Assembly (NCBI GenBank): GCA_051294905.1
Contig: CM119372.1
Coordinates: 27,158,001 to 27,222,000, forward strand
Length of the DNA: 64,000 bases
Reading direction: 5' to 3'
Origin: Botryllus schlosseri
Lineage: Eukaryota
Shown: positions 54,300 to 64,000 of the stretch, piece after piece
Numbering within the stretch: the first letter of the stretch is position 1
Layout: every line of letters starts with the position of its first letter
Notes under the pieces: generated by a model
What the model was told of the DNA's origin: nothing
Database searches by the model: none
The model's input: the letters and a program-made list of their open reading frames with translations, nothing else
Program-made: the position numbers and the translations under genes

Positions 54300-54945
54300 A
54301 TGGAATCATCACGAGTATCAGCACCTTCGATCACTGAAGAAAAGGATGAAATTATATCCGAAACATATTCCTTGACCAGGAATTTTATCATGTACGAACT
54401 CGACGGGTCATGCGTTAAGGTAAATACGAAAGCAGAGAGAACCTTACGTCAAGTTGGAGATGAAATGCTCGAGCGACATCGAACAGTCCTAAACGCAGTT
54501 TCCAAACGTCTCCGCTATAGTGATGTTGAAGTCAATGAAAAATATAAAGAATATTTACCCGATGAGCGGCTGTTCCTGATGCTAGCTGATGAAATTTTCA
54601 AAGATACCAAAGAAAATTGGGGGAGGATTGTCTGCCTTTTTGTGCTCGGTAGCATTCTTGCTCGCAAAAACGAGGATGAACATCACGGGGAGCATATAGA
54701 AGCTATCATACAGACAATTGGGAATTACATTGCTAGCAGAAGACTAAAGTGGATAGTGCGAAATGGAGGATGGGTAGGTGATTTACATGCTTCGCTTAGG
54801 ATTTATAAATTATCTTCTATTTTTGTTACAGGATGGCTTTGTAGGATTTTTTGATAATGCCGCTTTCGACTACAATAAAGTTTGGAAGGGACTCGTGTTT
54901 GTTGGAATCGGACTGACATCTATAGCAATGGCATTATCAAGATAA
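54300..54945 (+). CDS. Bcl-2 family apoptosis regulator, MCL1/A1-like, 195 aa, 2 exons (54300-54773, 54832-54945)
   Basis: BH3-like LRQVGDEM, BH1 NWGRIVCLFVLG, BH2 WIVRNGGW|DGFVGFF split by a 58-bp GT-AG intron at the conserved GGW^D position, and a C-terminal membrane anchor VWKGLVFVGIGLTSIAMALSR. AATAAA at 54984. Confidence 0.93.
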
Positions 54946-54983
54946 TGGATGTTCGCATGTTTTATCTCATGTAATATTTTAAG

Positions 54984-54989
54984 AATAAA
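54984..54989 (+). terminator. Probable polyadenylation signal of the Bcl-2-like gene
   Basis: AATAAA about 40 nt after the stop codon, mirrored at 62180-62185. Confidence 0.55.
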
Positions 54990-55948
54990 ATTCTTCATCG
55001 TTAATCGCATCCATTTTACTGTAGGATGTATACAGTTTCAGTATGAATGATGGGTCCTATGGTGCTTGACGAAAGAAGTTGGTCATCTATTCTATATTCC
55101 GAAATAATCAAGTTTGTGATTTTTTAGCAGCACCTAGCCTCATATAAACTTTAATAGAATCACTTATAACTCATCAGTTTACTCAAGTAAATCTAATTTG
55201 ATACTCGAGCACTGAACCTTAATTTTCCAGCAGTATGATAGACACCCTCCGATGGTACTCAACATCGTGCAATTCTGCTCGAATACAAGTACAAGTAGAG
55301 ATTTCAAAGTAAGTAAGTAACTGGTTATGTTTGTAGACTATAACTCCACTTCTATCGTTCAGAAAGGAAAGGACGTAGTTTATTTTTGTCCTTGATGTTT
55401 GAGATGTTGAGCAGAGAAGTACATGTACTTCTTTAAAGTACTCAAGTAGGCTAAAATGCCAAGCTACCTTGTAACTAAGGCTACTATTTGTCATAATAAC
55501 TACTATGAGCGCACAATTAGCTTGTTCAAAATCTCCAAATTCCAGGGATTCACTGATTGAATTGATATGTATTGAATTAAAATAATGCTGCCTACGAAAT
55601 TTGCTAGATGTGAACGCATTTTTATCAAAATGTTCAAATTTCACTGACAACCTCTTGAAATTGTTGCAGTGTCTAAAACAGAGATCTCAAACATGCGGCT
55701 CGCGAACCGTCAATTTAATAAACCGTCGAACAATCAGGGTTGGAGACAAGATTTTTCCGTTCTATGTCATGACAATACCAACAAACACCGTGTAAAGTTT
55801 CAAGGTTGTCATTCGATGATTAAGGAATTAAGAAAACTACTTCTACTAAACTTCTGGACTTTTACTAAACTTATACACTGCATCTGATCAAGTATAGATA
55901 GAAAAGCAAAGCTAATATAAAATTCCGCGAAGTACCGATTCTGTAACT

Positions 55949-57318
55949 ACTGTAAGTAGGCAAACCTTAGCTGAGTATACTCCGAAAAAACAGGAGTAAT
56001 TCGTTACTCACCAAATAAATGGATATCATTCAATATGAGTGGCGTTAGGATATCCGTCAAATACTTTCCGTTATTCTATAGAAGTTGCGTTTCTGACTAC
56101 TTAAAAGTTGCTAGAGCTCATGCTATTTTATCGTCGTATCGATGTTCGTTTTGAAAAGTAGCATGCTCAATGGTTCATGTTCACATTATTCAGTTAAATT
56201 AGGTTTTGCGCAAAGAAAAAGGACTGTAAGTAGGCAAACCTTAGCTGAGTATACTCCGAAAAAACAGGAGTAATTCGTTACTCACCAAATAAATGGATAT
56301 CATTCAATATGAGTGGCGTTAGGATATCCGTCAAATACTTTCCGTTATTCTATAGAAGTTGCGTTTCTGACTACTTAAAAGTTGCTAGAGCTCATGCTAT
56401 TTTATCGTCGTATCGATGTTCGTTTTGAAAAGTAGCATGCTCAATGGTTCATGTTCACATTATTCAGTTAAATTAGGTTTTGCGCAAAGAAAAAGGACTG
56501 TAAGTAGGCAAACCTTAGCTGAGTATACTCCGAAAAAACAGGAGTAATTCGTTACTCACCAAATAAATGGATATCATTCAATATGAGTGGCGTTAGGATA
56601 TCCGTCAAATACTTTCCGTTATTCTATAGAAGTTGCGTTTCTGACTACTTAAAAGTTGCTAGAGCTCATGCTATTTTATCGTCGTATCGATGTTCGTTTT
56701 GAAAAGTAGCATGCTCAATGGTTCATGTTCACATTATTCAGTTAAATTAGGTTTTGCGCAAAGAAAAAGGACTGTAAGTAGGCAAACCTTAGCTGAGTAT
56801 ACTCCGAAAAAACAGGAGTAATTCGTTACTCACCAAATAAATGGATATCATTCAATATGAGTGGCGTTAGGATATCCGTCAAATACTTTCCGTTATTCTA
56901 TAGAAGTTGCGTTTCTGACTACTTAAAAGTTGCTAGAGCTCATGTTATTTTATCGTCGTATCGATGTTCGTTTTGAAAAGTAGCATGCTCAATGGTTCAT
57001 GTTCACATTGTTCAGTTAAATTAGGTTTTGCGCAAAGAAAAAGGACTGTAAGTAGGCAAACCTTAGCTGAGTATACTCCGAAAAAAACAGGAGTAATTCG
57101 TTACTCACCAAATAAATGGATATCATTCAATATGAGTGGCGTTAGGATATCCGTCAAATACTTTCCGTTATTCTATAGAAGTTGCGTTTCTGACTACTTA
57201 AAAGTTGCTAGAGCTCATGCTATTTTATCGTCGTATCGATGTTCGTTTTGAAAAGTAGCATGCTCAATGGTTCATGTTCACATTGTTCAGTTAAATTAGG
57301 TTTTGCGCAAAGAAAAAG
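55949..57318 (+). repeat. Tandem array, 5 x 274 bp (left arm)
   Basis: Units starting ACTGTAAGTAGGCAAACCTTAGC at 55949, 56223, 56497, 56771 and 57045; near-identical. Confidence 0.97.
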
Positions 57319-59850
57319 AAAATTCACGCAAAAGTCGCTATTGCTCCGTGATGATTTTGATGTTGTTCCATACCGATTTGGGAGGTAGTACACCTAATTT
57401 CGTAAAGTACACAGAAAACTACTTCTACTAAATTCCTACACTTCTAAACTTCTACACTGAATCTTGTAAAGTATATAGAAAAGGAAAGCCAACGAATAAT
57501 TCATGAAGTTCCGATAGGCTATATTTGAGGTAATGATTCCCGTGCGAATGAAAAGTAAGTAGAGAAGCTTAGCATATCAACGATATCGTTGCCAGTCATT
57601 GCGTCGATTCGCTGCTTGAAATCCTCAAGATCGATTGATGTTTCGAGGTTTCGCGGTTTCGCTTTGCTGTCATCCGTACGAGCAGAATGTCTGGATTAGG
57701 AACAACTACGCCAGGACCATTAATGCTTTCGATACAGTGCAATATGAATAGCGCTACGTTGATCAATTCAAATTCAACAATGGCTCCCGCGCACGATTAT
57801 GTAGCCGGATTTTCGTTGAATATTGACGACACCCACAAACCTAAAGATCTCTTTCCCCTTCACATCTATGATAGAGTTATCACTCCAATGACTACGAATA
57901 ACTTGAGATTCCGTCGGATTAATATCCGAATCAAATAATACCAGAGTATCTTTTCCGACTTTTAAAACCCGCACTGTCGCGTTCGGCCTATGTCGCAACA
58001 CCACAATATGCGGCCATACAAAACGATGAATAGTAGCTTTTTGTAGTACCATATCTGCGAGATATTTTCAGTTGGGTGTAATTTCACGCTGCTCACCAAT
58101 TTACAGCTCACAGTGCAACTGAATTGGCGTTCATACTAATTCTACATAATTTTTGCATGTCAGGCAATTACATCAGCAGTAAAACGCCGGCGGCTACTCA
58201 TTTGAAGCTTGTTAGTATCTGAGATAAATGGCGCTCAAGCGTAGCATGGAATCGCTAATACACCATACCAAATTTCGTCAGACATGTCATGATGTAACAC
58301 CTTTAAAAACCAACGCAGTTCTATACAGACTTTTGATGCAATAGCGATTACACAGTAAGTAACTAACTGAATATGTTTGTAGACTATATCTCCACTTCTA
58401 CCATTCAGAGATGTTGAGCACATAAGTATATGTACTTCTTCAAAGTACTCAAGTAGCTTTTCGTAGGATATAGATGACACTGACAACACTCACCAAGACC
58501 ACTGGTCCACTGAAAAAAGTACATTGTAGCAGTAAAGTCCTACTAAAGTACAAGAAGTAATGATTTCCCAGTTAGTTAAAAAGTAAGTATTGCAGGTATA
58601 GTTTGATCGAAAAAGCGAAAAACTCTGAAATAGAAGTAGATGCAGTGTAAATAGGTAACACTTCATTGAGTATAGCGCAAGCAGGCCAAACCTATACTGG
58701 AGTACTCCAAAATGTACAAGTACTTCGCTAATGTAGTAAGCAGGCCGATATGAAGATATTCGTTGAGCTGAATGAACATAAAAATACTCCCGTGCCCCGA
58801 AATTTATGTATAATCTGAATTGTATTTTCTGGAGGGAAAGTATTATCTAGCGTATAATGAATGTTATTTATTTTTTGGAATATTAGTCCTAAATACACAT
58901 AATAGAATATCTAAGGGAAGTATCGAAGTTTCATAATAAACATGAAAATACCTGGTGTCGTTGAGTTGAATAAACATAAAAAAATAAACATAAAAAAATT
59001 TTTGCCTGACATGCAAAAATTATGTAGAATTAGTATGAACGCCAATTCAGTTGCACTGTGAGCTGTAAATTGGTGAGCAGCGTGAAATTACACCCAACTG
59101 AAAATATCTCGCAGATATGGTACTACAAAAAGCTACTATTCATCGTTTTGTATGGCCGCATATTGTGGTGTTGCGACATAGGCCGAACGCGACAGTGCGG
59201 GTTTTAAAAGTCGGAAAAGATACTCTGGTATTATTTGATTCGGATATTAATCCGACGGAATCTCAAGTTATTCGTAGTCATTGGAGTGATAACTCTATCA
59301 TAGATGTGAAGGGGAAAGAGATCTTTAGGTTTGTGGGTGTCGTCAATATTCAACGAAAATCCGGCTACATAATCGTGCGCGGGAGCCATTGTTGAATTTG
59401 AATTGATCAACGTAGCGCTATTCATATTGCACTGTATCGAAAGCATTAATGGTCCTGGCGTAGTTGTTCCTAATCCAGACATTCTGCTCGTACGGATGAC
59501 AGCAAAGCGAAACCGCGAAACCTCGAAACATCAATCGATCTTGAGGATTTCAAGCAGCGAATCGACGCAATGACTGGCAACGATATCGTTGATATGCTAA
59601 GCTTCTCTACTTACTTTTCATTCGCACGGGAATCATTACCTCAAATATAGCCTATCGGAACTTCATGAATTATTCGTTGGCTTTCCTTTTCTATATACTT
59701 TACAAGATTCAGTGTAGAAGTTTAGAAGTGTAGGAATTTAGTAGAAGTAGTTTTCTGTGTACTTTACGAAATTAGGTGTACTACCTCCCAAATCGGTATG
59801 GAACAACATCAAAATCATCACGGAGCAATAGCGACTTTTGCGTGAATTTT

Positions 59851-61220
59851 CTTTTTCTTTGCGCAAAACCTAATTTAACTGAACAATGTGAACATGAACC
59901 ATTGAGCATGCTACTTTTCAAAACGAACATCGATACGACGATAAAATAGCATGAGCTCTAGCAACTTTTAAGTAGTCAGAAACGCAACTTCTATAGAATA
60001 ACGGAAAGTATTTGACGGATATCCTAACGCCACTCATATTGAATGATATCCATTTATTTGGTGAGTAACGAATTACTCCTGTTTTTTTCGGAGTATACTC
60101 AGCTAAGGTTTGCCTACTTACAGTCCTTTTTCTTTGCGCAAAACCTAATTTAACTGAACAATGTGAACATGAACCATTGAGCATGCTACTTTTCAAAACG
60201 AACATCGATACGACGATAAAATAACATGAGCTCTAGCAACTTTTAAGTAGTCAGAAACGCAACTTCTATAGAATAACGGAAAGTATTTGACGGATATCCT
60301 AACGCCACTCATATTGAATGATATCCATTTATTTGGTGAGTAACGAATTACTCCTGTTTTTTCGGAGTATACTCAGCTAAGGTTTGCCTACTTACAGTCC
60401 TTTTTCTTTGCGCAAAACCTAATTTAACTGAATAATGTGAACATGAACCATTGAGCATGCTACTTTTCAAAACGAACATCGATACGACGATAAAATAGCA
60501 TGAGCTCTAGCAACTTTTAAGTAGTCAGAAACGCAACTTCTATAGAATAACGGAAAGTATTTGACGGATATCCTAACGCCACTCATATTGAATGATATCC
60601 ATTTATTTGGTGAGTAACGAATTACTCCTGTTTTTTCGGAGTATACTCAGCTAAGGTTTGCCTACTTACAGTCCTTTTTCTTTGCGCAAAACCTAATTTA
60701 ACTGAATAATGTGAACATGAACCATTGAGCATGCTACTTTTCAAAACGAACATCGATACGACGATAAAATAGCATGAGCTCTAGCAACTTTTAAGTAGTC
60801 AGAAACGCAACTTCTATAGAATAACGGAAAGTATTTGACGGATATCCTAACGCCACTCATATTGAATGATATCCATTTATTTGGTGAGTAACGAATTACT
60901 CCTGTTTTTTCGGAGTATACTCAGCTAAGGTTTGCCTACTTACAGTCCTTTTTCTTTGCGCAAAACCTAATTTAACTGAATAATGTGAACATGAACCATT
61001 GAGCATGCTACTTTTCAAAACGAACATCGATACGACGATAAAATAGCATGAGCTCTAGCAACTTTTAAGTAGTCAGAAACGCAACTTCTACAGAATAACG
61101 GAAAGTATTTGACGGATATCCTAACGCCACTCATATTGAATGATATCCATTTATTTGGTGAGTAACGAATTACTCCTGTTTTTTCGGAGTATACTCAGCT
61201 AAGGTTTGCCTACTTACAGT
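59851..61220 (-). repeat. Tandem array, 5 x 274 bp (right arm, inverted)
   Basis: Reverse complement of 55949-57318, including unit-specific variants. Confidence 0.97.
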
Positions 61221-62223
61221 AGTTACAGAATCGGTACTTCGCGGAATTTTATATTAGCTTTGCTTTTCTATCTATACTTGATCAGATGCAGTGTATAAGT
61301 TTAGTAAAAGTCCAGAAGTTTAGTAGAAGTAGTTTTCTTAATTCCTTAATCATCGAATGACAACCTTGAAACTTTACACGGTGTTTGTTGGTATTGTCAT
61401 GACATAGAACGGAAAAATCTTGTCTCCAACCCTGATTGTTCGACGGTTTATTAAATTGACGGTTCGCGAGCCGCATGTTTGAGATCTCTGTTTTAGACAC
61501 TGCAACAATTTCAAGAGGTTGTCAGTGAAATTTGAACATTTTGATAAAAATGCGTTCACATCTAGCAAATTTCGTAGGCAGCATTATTTTAATTCAATAC
61601 ATATCAATTCAATCAGTGAATCCCTGGAATTTGGAGATTTTGAACAAGCTAATTGTGCGCTCATAGTAGTTATTATGACAAATAGTAGCCTTAGTTACAA
61701 GGTAGCTTGGCATTTTAGCCTACTTGAGTACTTTAAAGAAGTACATGTACTTCTCTGCTCAACATCTCAAACATCAAGGACAAAAATAAACTACGTCCTT
61801 TCCTTTCTGAACGATAGAAGTGGAGTTATAGTCTACAAACATAACCAGTTACTTACTTACTTTGAAATCTCTACTTGTACTTGTATTCGAGCAGAATTGC
61901 ACGATGTTGAGTACCATCGGAGGGTGTCTATCATACTGCTGGAAAATTAAGGTTCAGTGCTCGAGTATCAAATTAGATTTACTTGAGTAAACTGATGAGT
62001 TATAAGTGATTCTATTAAAGTTTATATGAGGCTAGGTGCTGCTAAAAAATCACAAACTTGATTATTTCGGAATATAGAATAGATGACCAACTTCTTTCGT
62101 CAAGCACCATAGGACCCATCATTCATACTGAAACTGTATACATCCTACAGTAAAATGGATGCGATTAACGATGAAGAATTTTATTCTTAAAATATTACAT
62201 GAGATAAAACATGCGAACATCCA

Positions 62224-62869
62224 TTATCTTGATAATGCCATTGCTATAGATGTCAGTCCGATTCCAACAAACACGAGTCCCTTCCAAACTTTATTGTAGT
62301 CGAAAGCGGCATTATCAAAAAATCCTACAAAGCCATCCTGTAACAAAAATAGAAGATAATTTATAAATCCTAAGCGAAGCATGTAAATCACCTACCCATC
62401 CTCCATTTCGCACTATCCACTTTAGTCTTCTGCTAGCAATGTAATTCCCAATTGTCTGTATGATAGCTTCTATATGCTCCCCGTGATGTTCATCCTCGTT
62501 TTTGCGAGCAAGAATGCTACCGAGCACAAAAAGGCAGACAATCCTCCCCCAATTTTCTTTGGTATCTTTGAAAATTTCATCAGCTAGCATCAGGAACAGC
62601 CGCTCATCGGGTAAATATTCTTTATATTTTTCATTGACTTCAACATCACTATAGCGGAGACGTTTGGAAACTGCGTTTAGGACTGTTCGATGTCGCTCGA
62701 GCATTTCATCTCCAACTTGACGTAAGGTTCTCTCTGCTTTCGTATTTACCTTAACGCATGACCCGTCGAGTTCGTACATGATAAAATTCCTGGTCAAGGA
62801 ATATGTTTCGGATATAATTTCATCCTTTTCTTCAGTGATCGAAGGTGCTGATACTCGTGATGATTCCAT
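62224..62869 (-). CDS. Second, inverted copy of the MCL1-like Bcl-2 family gene (exons 62869-62396, 62337-62224)
   Basis: Mirror image of 54300-54945 (coordinate sum 117169). The ORF track gives an identical translation for both copies. Confidence 0.93.
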
Positions 62870-64000
62870 GGCTTGAGGAGAATAGCGAGTCAAAGCTTAT
62901 TTCGAGATCTAAGCTACTTTGGAAATGAGGATCCTAGGATTTGCTTAAGTTTCATCTATATCGTACAATGCGTTTTCGCGTTCCAGAATGACTTATGTCA
63001 ATGAAAAATAGCAAAAATTATCTTTCAATCCTTGATCATGGTTTTGTTTTTGAAAGATGTCGCGATGTCGGTATAATATTTTCTAAAACTTAAACTAGGA
63101 CGAAATCATGAATTTGTAGGACTTATGATTAACATATATTGTGCGCAGACAACTTTCTTACAAGAACTATGATATTCCTGTACTTGCGCGAATTACAAAT
63201 GCGGTATTGTAAATTAGTATATAGCCTACTACACAAAATCCGGAGTCTGAAAGTTTTTATTACAGTTGAGAAAAAGTACTCGATACGCTATATTTGAATC
63301 TAAAAATATTGCTTGGGGCTGTCTAGGTGCTTGGTAAGAACGCAGTAAAGGCATTGAACAGCATCAGTTGCGGGATTACTCGCATCAATTACTAGGTACA
63401 TAATAACGCAAGTTAACACAAGTTGGTTCGATCCTGAGCTTACGTGTACCAATTACTATAGCTACATAATACAACAACTTAACACTTGTAAAACACGATA
63501 TTTGGTCCCGGAGAACTGACGATATAGTTTCGAAGTCTCACTTCGTGGTATTACACTCATTTATCAGCAGTAAATTTCTAGTAAAGTACAATAAGTGATG
63601 ATGTCCGAGCGGCTAAACAAGTAAGTATCGACTTCTTCCGAGTACTCAAGTACGTTTTTTACCTACATGCAGCAAATATTCTCAAGTGTTTATGATATTG
63701 TACTGCTTCAAATCCATTATAGTTTCAGAATTAAGCAGAAAATACCTGGAATACTGACGTTTTACTTAGTCGGAAATAGGTACTTAGTAGGTAAATACGT
63801 ACTGGATGTGGGGTTGGAAGCCTAGACTAATAAGAGGAGCGTGATTGAAAATAGATGGAGGATCACTGGATTAAAGTTTACTGAATACCCCGCAATGTAA
63901 AATTAGTATATACTATACAAAATCCGAAGTATAGGTATGTGCTACGCTCCCGCAAAACAGATTCACGCAAATGTCGGTATAGAACTGCGTTAGTTTTAAA

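Larger units (their letters stand above)
50911..64000. mobile_element. Putative large insertion (Polinton/Maverick-like terminus, non-autonomous) carrying the Bcl-2 palindrome
   Basis: MITE homology stops at about 50910 and the new sequence starts AGTAGTAG. Subterminal ATTGCCAC occurs four times. No host MITEs were recognised inside the block. The right end is not in the window. Confidence 0.45.
53173..64000. repeat. Giant near-perfect palindrome: arms 53173-58167 and 59002-64000 (open-ended), 834-bp spacer 58168-59001
   Basis: The ORF track is mirrored with coordinate sum 117169. Inner boundary CAGGCAA/TTGCCTG. Differences noticed: a 4-bp indel near 53680/63490 and substitutions near 53920/63249 and 56078/61091. 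Confidence 0.97.

Noticed and set aside
54276..54854. ORF-track 192-aa version of the Bcl-2 protein
   Set aside because: It starts at TTG and reads through the intron. The spliced model restores BH2 and the membrane anchor.
55219..55650. 143-aa ORF and its mirror at 61519-61950
   Set aside because: Non-ATG start, overlaps repeat-derived sequence also found frame-broken in the spacer, and has no motifs.
56964..57251. 95-aa ORF in the tandem array and its mirror
   Set aside because: Open at this length only because of a one-base A-run variant in unit 5; no recognisable protein features.
55949..57318. CRISPR-like array
   Set aside because: Units are 274-bp full-length tandem copies with no unique spacers, no cas genes, and a eukaryotic context.
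50911..64000. Autonomous Polinton or endogenous virus
   Set aside because: No ORF long enough for a polymerase, integrase, ATPase or capsid. Only a non-autonomous derivative is compatible with the sequence.

Overview
AT-rich animal nuclear DNA. Spliced genes with some 58-62 bp introns, dense hAT-type MITEs and an LDLa-repeat GPCR suggest an invertebrate chordate such as an ascidian (inference). Three layers are visible. (1) A + strand gene reconstructed by hand as 18 phase-compatible exons (12810-49941, about 615 codons): signal peptide, multiple LDL-receptor class A-like modules, then TM1-TM3 of an LGR/RXFP/GRL101-type rhodopsin GPCR without recognisable leucine-rich repeats. TM4-TM7 are not in the window. 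(2) Many nested non-autonomous DNA transposons with 8-bp TSDs, tRNA-derived SINEs, fold-back elements and a decayed hAT transposase. (3) From 50911 a different block begins with AGTAGTAG, interrupting a MITE. It contains a near-perfect palindrome of at least 5 kb per arm (53173-58167 / 59002-64000, 834-bp spacer, running off the window). Each arm carries an intact, intron-containing MCL1-like Bcl-2 family gene and a 5 x 274-bp tandem array. The best candidate for a novel system is a roughly 15-kb non-autonomous, Polinton/Maverick-ended fold-back element carrying two copies of an anti-apoptotic gene inside a GPCR intron. This is testable with about 3 kb more sequence. All coordinates were read by eye and may be off by a few bases.
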